A stretch of DNA of 64,000 nucleotides. Origin: Nitrospinaceae bacterium (GTDB taxonomy: Bacteria > Nitrospinota > Nitrospinia > Nitrospinales > Nitrospinaceae). The notes under the pieces were generated by a model, which made no database searches, was not told where the DNA came from, and saw only the letters and a program-made list of their open reading frames with translations. The DNA is taken from assembly GCA_024644405.1 (NCBI GenBank), contig JAHELC010000001.1, positions 8,854 through 72,853 on the forward strand, given 5' to 3'. Each line of letters begins with the position of its first letter. Position 1 is the first letter of the stretch. The translations under genes were made by a program, and so were the position numbers. Below are positions 48,174-56,823 of the stretch, one piece after another.

Positions 48174-49943
48174 CTACTTGACTTTACCCTCTGCGGCCAT
48201 TCTGCGCGTGCGTTTGGTCATCCACACCAACCACATCTGGAACCCGAAGAACGCCACCCCTAAGATGGGAGGCATGTAAAGCATGGAAGCAGGATCGGGC
48301 GGAACCAGAATGGTGTAATACCATGTGGAAATAGCCATATGTTCATCATGCTCCTTATCCCAACCGGACCATTGCAGAAAAGATACAGGCACAAAGGTCT
48401 GAACCGGAATCTGGACATCCGTCTTGTCCGGGTTCTCGGTTTTGAGAGAACGTTTGAACATGATTTTCACACGCCCCTGATGGTATTTGGAATTTACAAC
48501 CTGGACACCACCGGCGGTTTCTTTTTCAGTGATAGCATCAAAGCCCCTGCCCACCTGTTCCTGAACGGATACATCGAGATCGTATCCATTGGGTTCGGGT
48601 GCGTTGGTGTCGTTGTAATTCTTGACCATGAAGTTGGCCTTCCAGACATCGACAGGCTTCTTGGAATCGCCGTATATGAAATACGGTTTTTCCGCACCGA
48701 ACAGATCTTCCAGTTGACCCGGCCATTGCATGGCGACGCCATCGGGATAAGCCGGATCGATGGAAAGAAACCGGTTGTGGAATTCCACCAGGTAGTACAC
48801 CGCCTGCTCTTCTTCAGACCAGTTGGACATAACCCACAGGTTGTCAACTTTGGGCTTGAAGTTACGATCACCCCGGGTAATCTGACCGGCCATGGCCACA
48901 TAATGCCATTTCTGGTCTTCTTTACCGGTGTAGCCATCCGGACGCGATTTGATACCGGGATCGTCATCCGGGGCCTGCCACATGGGATCGCTCAAATCCG
49001 TCGAAACCGGACCCTCGGTAAACCTGGACTGAATCAGAAAATCCGGCACCGGTTTGTTGGTCAGCTTATCGATTTTCTTTCGAGGACACAGGGCATTGAC
49101 GAAAGCCGCCAGCTTCCAACGGTCTTCAATCGTAATCTTATCCTTGAAGTTCGGCATCGGCGTGCCGTTCAAACCGGTCGAAATGGTTCGAACAACGTTA
49201 AAAGGATCGTAGTGGTTTCGCCGGCTACCGCGGAAATTCCAGCATTGCTGCCAGTCCGCCGCGAATATCGGGAAACCCCAATCGTCTTTCATCGTCGGGT
49301 TACCGTCGCCGCGGCCTTCACCGCCGTGACATTCGAAACATTTGTTTTGCAGGAAAACTTCTTTCCCGGCATCGATGTCTTCCTGTGGAACTCCCAGGTG
49401 ATACGGACCCGTCGTTCCCCAGGGATTTTTACCAAAATCCTGAACGTAAACTTCTTCATCCTCGTCCGCAAAATCCCGGTCCTGAACCAGGGTTTTAACA
49501 AACTGAATAACGGAAACGATTTCCTCATTACTCAGCACTTCACCCCAGGGCGGCATCGCCGAACCCGGCAAACCATTTTTGACCGTATCGATCAGGTTTC
49601 GGTCCAAAGGCAGTTCACCCGAATCGGTCCAGCGGATTTTGAAAGTCCCCTGAATAAAGTTTCTGGGACGGGTGAACAAACGATCGGCCGATGGTCCATC
49701 GCCGCCACCTTCAACTCCATGACACCAGACGCAACGTTTGAAATAAACCCTTTTCCCGAGTTCCAGTTTGTCCTCCAGAACCGGATCCGGTGGTTGCGCT
49801 TCCTGCGCCAGAAGAGTCGACGGCAGACCCACTATCAACATTACCGCCAGTGCGACCAAGAAGTGCCTTACTGTTTTTCTAGGCTCCGTTAGCATAGCTC
49901 CCTCTTTATTTAAATATTTCAAAAATGAAATGATTGGATTCAT
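48174..49943 (-). CDS. Membrane-anchored dihaem cytochrome c fused to an EB_dh/NxrC-like (cytochrome c-552/DMSO-reductase-like haem-binding) domain
   Basis: 589 aa with an N-terminal TM/signal anchor. It has two CxxCH motifs (CVWCH, CFECH), each followed by an 'MP(P/N)' Met-ligand region. 'PDGVAMQWPG...PVDVWKANF' and 'PVSFLQWSGWDKEHDEHMAISTWY' resemble the EB_dh domain. A C-terminal TM helix follows. The start may be the internal MLTEPRK. Confidence 0.72.
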   Translation of the reverse strand: MNPIISFLKYLNKEGAMLTEPRKTVRHFLVALAVMLIVGLPSTLLAQEAQPPDPVLEDKLELGKRVYFKRCVWCHGVEGGGDGPSADRLFTRPRNFIQGTFKIRWTDSGELPLDRNLIDTVKNGLPGSAMPPWGEVLSNEEIVSVIQFVKTLVQDRDFADEDEEVYVQDFGKNPWGTTGPYHLGVPQEDIDAGKEVFLQNKCFECHGGEGRGDGNPTMKDDWGFPIFAADWQQCWNFRGSRRNHYDPFNVVRTISTGLNGTPMPNFKDKITIEDRWKLAAFVNALCPRKKIDKLTNKPVPDFLIQSRFTEGPVSTDLSDPMWQAPDDDPGIKSRPDGYTGKEDQKWHYVAMAGQITRGDRNFKPKVDNLWVMSNWSEEEQAVYYLVEFHNRFLSIDPAYPDGVAMQWPGQLEDLFGAEKPYFIYGDSKKPVDVWKANFMVKNYNDTNAPEPNGYDLDVSVQEQVGRGFDAITEKETAGGVQVVNSKYHQGRVKIMFKRSLKTENPDKTDVQIPVQTFVPVSFLQWSGWDKEHDEHMAISTWYYTILVPPDPASMLYMPPILGVAFFGFQMWLVWMTKRTRRMAAEGKVK

Positions 49944-49946
49944 GGA

Positions 49947-50957
49947 TTATTCCCCACCACCTGAAGAGGACTCTTCATCGAAGGTTCGCGGATGCCATCC
50001 GGTGTACCAGTACTCAAACAGGATGACCTTCCAGATTTCCTCCGTCTTCAAATGCTCTTCCCAAGGCGGCATCGCCGAGGACCACGGAGTCGATTCATTT
50101 GGCAATCCGGGACCGCCCTTGGAAACCCGCCAGAACAGGAAGGATTCACGCAACATGGCGATCGTTCCAGGATCGATGAAGTTTGCAGGGGTCGGGTTGA
50201 ACACATGGGAGAACATTCCCAGGCCGTTCAACTGGTCGCCGTGACAGTAATGACAGTTCTCAAAGAAAATGGTCCCGCCTTCCGTTACCGCTTTCATGTA
50301 CTCATGCTTGTCAGCATCCAGGAAGGGAAACTTGCCTTCAATTGGAAGGGCACTGCCACCGGGGCCGCCATCCACATAGTTGTCCTGCTCATCCGTTCGG
50401 AAGGGGTTCTGCAACCCTTCCAACGTATAGCTTTTACCATGCACCTTGGTGGTTGCCGGTGGCGCCGGATGGACTGTACGCAACTCAACCGGTTCTTCAA
50501 AGCGGGGTTGGAGAGACTTGTAGGTCGCCCCCATCACCAGAACGGGCAACGCAATAAACGTAATAATGCGCGCTATCTTGTAATCCCCAATGACGGTCTT
50601 GACGATGGGCTTTCTGAATTCCGCGAAGGTCACCGGATCCTGTGAAATATACAGGAAGGTACCGATGGTCCACAACATCATGTAAGTGATGAGCAGGGTC
50701 CACGGAATCGGCGGATACAACACCGCTTTATAGAAATACAAACCCATCAGCCAGACGGCCAGACCGTTCAGCGCGATGGGGGGTTTCAATTTTAAAACGA
50801 GGTTGAAACCGATACAGTAAGCCACAAATAACAGAAAGTAGACGTAGCGGTTGGCTACCCAGGAAAATTCCTTTGGCTGCATTTGTGGAAACAAACCATA
50901 GTGGAAAGCGGCCCAACCGACCACATATAAAATTATTCCTTTCACTACATTGTTCAT
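49947..50957 (-). CDS. Membrane protein (about 5 TM) with C-terminal monohaem cytochrome c domain
   Basis: 336 aa with five hydrophobic helices followed by 'FFENCHYCHGDQLNG' (CxxCH) and 'SAMPPWEEHL'. It lies 3 nt upstream of the next gene. Confidence 0.72.
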   Translation of the reverse strand: MNNVVKGIILYVVGWAAFHYGLFPQMQPKEFSWVANRYVYFLLFVAYCIGFNLVLKLKPPIALNGLAVWLMGLYFYKAVLYPPIPWTLLITYMMLWTIGTFLYISQDPVTFAEFRKPIVKTVIGDYKIARIITFIALPVLVMGATYKSLQPRFEEPVELRTVHPAPPATTKVHGKSYTLEGLQNPFRTDEQDNYVDGGPGGSALPIEGKFPFLDADKHEYMKAVTEGGTIFFENCHYCHGDQLNGLGMFSHVFNPTPANFIDPGTIAMLRESFLFWRVSKGGPGLPNESTPWSSAMPPWEEHLKTEEIWKVILFEYWYTGWHPRTFDEESSSGGGE

Positions 50958-50976
50958 CCCTTAAATCCCTCCTGGG

Positions 50977-52329
50977 TTAGCCTTCCGGCTGGGTGTTACT
51001 AATAAAATCCACCAACTTATCAAGCGCATTGACGGATAATTTGTTGGCGAAGTCCTGAGGCATCACGCCTTCCGGAAACGGCTCCCCGGCTTCTTCGTTG
51101 AACACGATATAAGCGTTGGGGTTCAGGATAGACTCCTTGACATAATCGCGCCCCGTCCTGGCTTTGCCTTTGTAATTCGGATCCTTGATCCGGTTGGGGG
51201 CGTTGATCTTTTCATGCAGTTTGGGTCCCAGCTCGCCCACCGCCCCTTCGATACCGGGAATGGTGTGACACAGCGGACAACCCAAGGTGTTGATCATGAC
51301 ATCGATCGGCTCCGTACCAGTTACAAAGGTTGGGGGCTCTACTTCTTCTCCACCGGCATCGGCTACAGGGGCATTATCCTCAGCCGTGGGAAGAGGAATC
51401 GTAACGGAGGCAAATTCACCCGGCGTGTCTTTCGACTGCAGCCAGGCGATAACCGCATTCAATTCAAATTTACCCAGACTGATCGGTGGTTTGCTGATCA
51501 CCGGCATCGGGCTCTTGGTATCGCCCGCCTTGCCATATCCCTTCACCACATAACAGGAAGGGCACATCAGCGACTCGCGCAGATAGTCTTCCCCGGTCAG
51601 CTCACTGGCATCCGCACGACGGTACTCTTCGGGAATCTGATCGGGTACGCCTTTCACGATACCCGTCGCCCCGTCCGCTTCACCGATCTTGATCGGCTCG
51701 TTCAGATAACGGTCTTCCTTGATCCGGGTGTGACTGCGTTCCTCGACACCGAACAGGTTGGGACAACGCCCGATATTGTCGCCGGGATCGAATGTATGGC
51801 AGAGAGGACACTGGCCTTTGCCGATCGATTTCTGACCGGCTACGGGTGGCGCGGAACCGAATACGATCACGCGTCCCATTTCCGTGTAGGACTCCATGGT
51901 CAAATCATCGACATTCACCGCGACAGCTTTGGGTGGAGGATCACTTCTTTGCTGCGGGAGCCAGTTGGTGTAACCGGCGAGAAGGATGGAAATGGTGCTG
52001 TAGAAAAATGCCGCCCGGATCAACGGGGGCGACTGATTTTCGATATTCTCACTCTTGAAGAATACCCCCCACGTGAGCAGGGTTAAAAACACCGCCAACA
52101 CCTGCCAGGAAATAAATCCCAGCTGCTGTTGCTGAGTCAGTTCGAACATGTGGTTGGTCAACAACAGATTGATGATGAATCCTGTGCCGAAAACCGTCCC
52201 CCAAACTACCGTGTTGGTTCCCTCGCGCTCCCGGCAATGCTGGATCACATTGATGAACGCAAACAGCGAGAATAACGTGAAGATAATGGTGACGAACGTC
52301 CACAGGATGTCTTGTTGTTCAGGAAGCAT
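50977..52329 (-). CDS. Membrane protein (about 4 TM) with two c-type haem-binding motifs
   Basis: 450 aa with four N-terminal hydrophobic helices followed by 'GQCPLCHTF' and 'LGCPLCHTIPG' (two CxxCH motifs). Confidence 0.72.
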   Translation of the reverse strand: MLPEQQDILWTFVTIIFTLFSLFAFINVIQHCREREGTNTVVWGTVFGTGFIINLLLTNHMFELTQQQQLGFISWQVLAVFLTLLTWGVFFKSENIENQSPPLIRAAFFYSTISILLAGYTNWLPQQRSDPPPKAVAVNVDDLTMESYTEMGRVIVFGSAPPVAGQKSIGKGQCPLCHTFDPGDNIGRCPNLFGVEERSHTRIKEDRYLNEPIKIGEADGATGIVKGVPDQIPEEYRRADASELTGEDYLRESLMCPSCYVVKGYGKAGDTKSPMPVISKPPISLGKFELNAVIAWLQSKDTPGEFASVTIPLPTAEDNAPVADAGGEEVEPPTFVTGTEPIDVMINTLGCPLCHTIPGIEGAVGELGPKLHEKINAPNRIKDPNYKGKARTGRDYVKESILNPNAYIVFNEEAGEPFPEGVMPQDFANKLSVNALDKLVDFISNTQPEG

Positions 52330-52386
52330 CCTTCTCTCCTATTCTTGGTATATTTAAAAAGTTAAACTCTTAACTCCAATAACCGA

Positions 52387-54360
52387 TTACTGCTGTTGCT
52401 GCGCCGGCACGGGAACGCCTTCCGGTACTTTTGCCGGAGTTTTCTTGCCGGTCAGACTACCGACCCAGAACACGATGACGAACTGCACCCATACAAACAG
52501 GGCGTTGAACGTCAGCATTTTACCCGCTTCACCAATGGTCAGCGTGTAAGCGTCCGGAGAGTTGTCACGCACCACTTCCGTGACATGCCAGAACAAGCGG
52601 ACGGCGGACCTGATATAGCCCATCAGGCCCATCAGCCACGTAAAGGAAATCGCCAGCAGGAAAATCGCGTAGGTGGCCACGCGCGACTGGGTTCCCCATT
52701 CAATATCGCCGTACGAATCGGCGTCCTTGAACATGGAGATATTGATCGCCGTGCCGGCGAACAGTGTCGTCAGCGTACTGGTCACCTGCGGTACCGAAAG
52801 TCCGACCCGCTGGTTCGCAGGCAGGAAGTATCCGTACACGCCGAGGAAAACAATGTTGGCCGCCGCGAAAACAAAGATGGCGGTGATCCAGGAATTTCCC
52901 TGCGTCGCCCAACTGACGTTGATCTTCTTGTTCGAGCGCTGGTACAGCAGAAAACAAAGAATGGTGGTGGTGATCATCAAATTCACCGCGGTGTTCTTGG
53001 CGGACATAACTCCAAAGTGGCCGACCACGGGATGCTGCGCTCCACCCATATCCTTCAACTCCGCCGGAGTCATAACGATGGTGTGCGGGGTCATCCACAT
53101 GGTGAAACAGACGATCAACAACAGAACCATGTATTTCGCGTATTTCATGTACCGGTGTGAACCCTTAACCCGGGACATGGAGTTGTGTAAGTAAGAGTTG
53201 GCTCCGAAGAACAGGAGACCGATCATGACCGCCTGAATGATAAACAGCCAGGCCATGATGCCGCCCATGAGGGTGATTCCCATCTGCTGACGGAAAGCGT
53301 AAACCTCTTTCATCAGCCAGTAGCCGGCGAACGGCAGGGGAATCAGACCGAAGATCGCGATGAACATCGCGATATAACACACCCAGTCATAGTGGGCTTT
53401 TTCTTCAGCCGTTTTGGCGGTGAGATAATGATAAGCCGCATACGCGCCAACGATACCACCGCCGAACACGATGTTGCCTAAAATACGATGGACCCCAACC
53501 GGGTTCCACAAGGTGGAATGAATGACGTGCCAGATATTACCCAGGAACCGGCCCTGCTCATCGATTCCGCCGGGCGCCTGCATAAAGGTCGCCCAGGAGT
53601 TGGCCAGATACATCAGAACCGTACCGACCAGGTTCAGGAGAACAGAAAGACTGCAGTGAATCCATTTCAGGAACGGATCGGCTTTCATTCTCTCCCAGCC
53701 ATAGTAATAAACGTACAAAATGCCGCTCTCCGCCAGGAACATCAGAGCGTACACATGCATGACCGGGCGGAATATACCGGCCATGTATTTGAAGAATCCC
53801 GGAAACAGCGTGATGAACGTAAACAGCAGAACACCACCGAGAATCGCCGTCCAGGAATAGGCGGTCAGGCTGACCTTCATCAGGTCCTGCGCCAGCTTGT
53901 CGTATTTCTCCGACAGAACCGGATCGCTTTCCTTTGTGCGGATCCCGACAAATTCGATGAGCATACAGAAAATCGGAACCGCCAGCACGAAACTCCCGAA
54001 ATAGAGATGCTGTTGGTTCGCCATCCAAAGCAGCATGCGGCTAGGCGCGAACTCATAGTTGTTGTAATCCGACTCTCCTAATTCCGGAGCGGGAAAACCG
54101 CTGACCGGACCTTTCAAAGGATTACCTTCCCAATCCTTATAGAAAACGTCCTGACTCCATTCGATAGCAGGCTCGCCACCTTCCTCCGCGCCTTCCTCAG
54201 CGAGGACTTCTTTCGCGAAAGCCTCTTCCGCGAAAGCCTGTTCCGCAAATACCTCTTTGGCGAAAGCTTGACCGCTCAGGCCCGGAACAATAAACAGAGT
54301 CACTGCCAGAACAAGCGCCAAGGGGAGCCACTTGATGTTTCTAGCTTCAGAATTAAACAT
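52387..54360 (-). CDS. Cytochrome bd-like oxidase (CydA-family subunit I homolog, extended, no CydB partner)
   Basis: 657 aa. CydA-like motifs are 'MANQQHLYFGSFVLAVPIF' (His in TM1), 'ANSWATFMQAPGG' and 'LWNPVGVHRILGNIVFGG'. It has about 13 hydrophobic segments plus a signal peptide. The N-terminal acidic pentapeptide repeats are (Q/E)(A/V)FA(K/E). Confidence 0.8.
   Translation of the reverse strand: MFNSEARNIKWLPLALVLAVTLFIVPGLSGQAFAKEVFAEQAFAEEAFAKEVLAEEGAEEGGEPAIEWSQDVFYKDWEGNPLKGPVSGFPAPELGESDYNNYEFAPSRMLLWMANQQHLYFGSFVLAVPIFCMLIEFVGIRTKESDPVLSEKYDKLAQDLMKVSLTAYSWTAILGGVLLFTFITLFPGFFKYMAGIFRPVMHVYALMFLAESGILYVYYYGWERMKADPFLKWIHCSLSVLLNLVGTVLMYLANSWATFMQAPGGIDEQGRFLGNIWHVIHSTLWNPVGVHRILGNIVFGGGIVGAYAAYHYLTAKTAEEKAHYDWVCYIAMFIAIFGLIPLPFAGYWLMKEVYAFRQQMGITLMGGIMAWLFIIQAVMIGLLFFGANSYLHNSMSRVKGSHRYMKYAKYMVLLLIVCFTMWMTPHTIVMTPAELKDMGGAQHPVVGHFGVMSAKNTAVNLMITTTILCFLLYQRSNKKINVSWATQGNSWITAIFVFAAANIVFLGVYGYFLPANQRVGLSVPQVTSTLTTLFAGTAINISMFKDADSYGDIEWGTQSRVATYAIFLLAISFTWLMGLMGYIRSAVRLFWHVTEVVRDNSPDAYTLTIGEAGKMLTFNALFVWVQFVIVFWVGSLTGKKTPAKVPEGVPVPAQQQQ
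54196..54270 (-). repeat. Five tandem 15-nt units inside the 5' end of the bd-like oxidase gene
   Basis: The plus-strand units are ctcagcgaggacttc / tttcgcgaaagcctc / ttccgcgaaagcctg / ttccgcaaatacctc / tttggcgaaagcttg. They encode QAFAK-EVFAE-QAFAE-EAFAK-EVLAE just after the signal peptide. Confidence 0.85.
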
Positions 54361-54731
54361 TGCCTAACCTCCTTAAGGGGATCTCTGGGTATCCTGGGAT
54401 TTTCAATTCAAACCGGTATATTTTCAAACTTGTATTTCCAAATTGTTTCAGCGTTTTCAAGTCAAGTCCTCAGAACCTTGCTCGCCTCATTATTTTCTCT
54501 CAAAAGGCAACCCGGGGGGACAATTTTTTCCCCTGATTGCGTCTACGGCTTGAGAGCGCAACGACCGTAATACTCTAACTCACTGGCCTTAAAGGACTTG
54601 CGGCGACGGTGAGATTGGCGCACTTCCTCTCCATCTAAACAAAAAGTCGCAGATATTTACCATAAAGGACTGAAAGCTGTCAAGAGAATTTCTATAGATT
54701 CAAAACTCAGGTTTTTTCAACGAGAAACACC

Positions 54732-56015
54732 TCAAGACAACCTGACTTGAACGGCCTTCGAATGGGCGTCCAGGTTCTCCATTTCCGCCAGAATCCGGCA
54801 GGTTTTTCCGTTTTTTGCCAGGGCCTGCCGGCTGTAACTGATCAAACTGGTCCGCTTGATAAAATCATAAACACCCAGCGGGGATGAAAACCGGGCCGTG
54901 CCGCTGGTGGGCAGCACATGGTTGGGTCCCGCGAGGTAATCGCCGATGGCTTCCGGAGTGTAATGTCCCAGAAAAATAGCTCCGGCGTTTTTGATTTGTC
55001 TCGCGCATTCCTGGGGATTCGCCACTGCCAGTTCCAAATGCTCCGGTGCAATCCGGTTCGCCACATCCAGGGCTTCATCCAGCGAAGCCGTCACGATCAA
55101 CCGGCATTTGGCGCTCAACGATTTTTCAATAATCGCGGTACGCTTCAACTGCTTTTTCTGCTTCTCCAATTCCTCGAGCGTGGCCTGGGCCAGGGACTCT
55201 GAAGGGGTCACCAGAATCGGTACCGCCTCCTCATCATGTTCTGCCTGCGACAGCAAATCCGCGGCGATAAAATCGGGACGCGCCGAATCATCGGCCACCA
55301 CCAGGATTTCGCTGGGGCCGGCGATCATGTCGATATCCACCAGACCGAACACCATGCGTTTCGCCAGCGCCACGTAAATATTGCCGGGACCGACAATCTT
55401 GTCGACACGGGGTATGATGTCGGTTCCCAAAGCCATGGCGGCCACCGCCTGCGCACCCCCCACCTTGAAGATCCGGTTCACCCCGGCAATATCCGCCGCC
55501 ACCAGCGCATGCGGGCTGACTTCCCCTTTGGGCGTGGGCGAACACATGATCACCTGCTCGACCCCCGCCACCCGCGCGGGAACGGCGTTCATCAATACCG
55601 AGGAAGGATACGACGCTTTGCCGCCCGGCACATATATGCCCACGATGGCCAACGGACGCACCGCCTGTCCAAGGGTGACCTCCGCTTCTTGATACTCCCA
55701 GGATTCCTGGACCTGCCGCGCGTGGAACCGTTCGATGTTGTCCGCCGCCAGCTTCATGGCGTCCAGCTCCGCCAGGTCCACCTGGTTGTAAGCCTCCTGT
55801 ATTTCTTCCGGCTGGACTTCAAGATCGCTCAACTGGTAATCGGTGTGGTCAAACTGGTTGGTGAACTTGAGCAGGGCGGCATCGCGGTCTGTCTTGATCG
55901 CCTCCAGAATCGCCCGGACGGTCTGGTCCTGCGATTGAAAATCCACATCGCAGCGATCCACCAGCGCATCGATTTCCTGCGCATAAGTATCGTCACTGTA
56001 TTTGATAATGTTCAT
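54732..56015 (-). CDS. hisD: Histidinol dehydrogenase
   Basis: It starts at MNIIKY (ATG 56013-56015), overlapping the upstream stop (ATGA). 'GIYVPGGKASYPSSVLMNAVPARVAGV', 'GPGNIYVALAK' and 'SQAEHDEEA' are HisD signatures. Confidence 0.93.
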   Translation of the reverse strand: MNIIKYSDDTYAQEIDALVDRCDVDFQSQDQTVRAILEAIKTDRDAALLKFTNQFDHTDYQLSDLEVQPEEIQEAYNQVDLAELDAMKLAADNIERFHARQVQESWEYQEAEVTLGQAVRPLAIVGIYVPGGKASYPSSVLMNAVPARVAGVEQVIMCSPTPKGEVSPHALVAADIAGVNRIFKVGGAQAVAAMALGTDIIPRVDKIVGPGNIYVALAKRMVFGLVDIDMIAGPSEILVVADDSARPDFIAADLLSQAEHDEEAVPILVTPSESLAQATLEELEKQKKQLKRTAIIEKSLSAKCRLIVTASLDEALDVANRIAPEHLELAVANPQECARQIKNAGAIFLGHYTPEAIGDYLAGPNHVLPTSGTARFSSPLGVYDFIKRTSLISYSRQALAKNGKTCRILAEMENLDAHSKAVQVRLS

Positions 56016-56707
56016 ATCTTTGATTCGAGGTGTAACTGATTTAAAAATTCCAGGGTCGTTCGCCCCTCTTTCAGGAGACCGGAATGGGCCATCCATTCCA
56101 AATGGGTTTTCAGGAAGCGAAGGTCTTCCGGAAGATCGACATCATACCACACGGGCAACAGCTCGGCTTCTGTCCGTTGATCCTTCAACGCCTGCAAAGT
56201 TTCCGACAGGACACGGTCGGTTCCCCAGGCCACGCCATCAAAAATATCGGTCACTTTTGCCCGCATGCCAATCAGGTAATACCCGCCGTCGGTGCTGGGC
56301 CCGATCACGACCTCCTTCTCCGATAGCAGAGCCTGCTCAATGTAGGTCGCGGGCAACGTCGGGCTGTCGGAACCGATGATCACCACGCGCTCGTATCCTT
56401 CCTTGAAACGATCCTCAAACGCCTGCCGCATCCGCTCCCCCAGGTCCCTCCCCTTCTGCACAAAAAGACGGACCGGATGGCTCCGGGCCACTTCATCGAA
56501 ATAGCCGGTTTCCGGATCGGAAGCCATCCCGATAAAACGGTCCGCTTCTGCGACGGAACAAATCTTATCTATGCTGTCCCTCAGGAAATGACGGTACAGG
56601 CTTAAAACGGTGGGATCATCCAGAAGCGAGCTCAATCGGGTTTTCACCTGACCCGCCACCGGGTCCTTCGCAAACAGGATCAAAGCCCGGGCGGAGTCTT
56701 GCGTCAT
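56012..56707 (-). CDS. DUF2064 / TIGR04282-family glycosyltransferase-like protein
   Basis: 231 aa. 'ALILFAKDPVAGQVKTRL', 'VIIGSDSPTL' and 'GPSTDGGYYLIGM' are typical of DUF2064 proteins. Confidence 0.75.
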   Translation of the reverse strand: MTQDSARALILFAKDPVAGQVKTRLSSLLDDPTVLSLYRHFLRDSIDKICSVAEADRFIGMASDPETGYFDEVARSHPVRLFVQKGRDLGERMRQAFEDRFKEGYERVVIIGSDSPTLPATYIEQALLSEKEVVIGPSTDGGYYLIGMRAKVTDIFDGVAWGTDRVLSETLQALKDQRTEAELLPVWYDVDLPEDLRFLKTHLEWMAHSGLLKEGRTTLEFLNQLHLESKI

Positions 56708-56823
56708 TGCAGGATACTCTCCATATAATAAATGAATTGACTCATACCTTTAATCTCCCTAGACTTGATCCGATTTTGAACCAAACCGAAACACCTGCCT
56801 TTTACTTCCCGTACCGGAGCTTT

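Noticed and set aside
48339-49892. 517-aa plus-strand ORF
   Set aside because: It is antisense to the dihaem cytochrome/EB_dh gene, which has CxxCH motifs and sits in an operon. The ORF has no recognisable features.
56707-56823. TTG-initiated 39-codon N-terminal extension of the PAP2-heptosyltransferase ORF
   Set aside because: It would place the start codon back-to-back with the divergent DUF2064 gene start, leaving no promoter space. The ATG at 56824 precedes the first hydrophobic PAP2 segment. The choice remains uncertain without experimental data.
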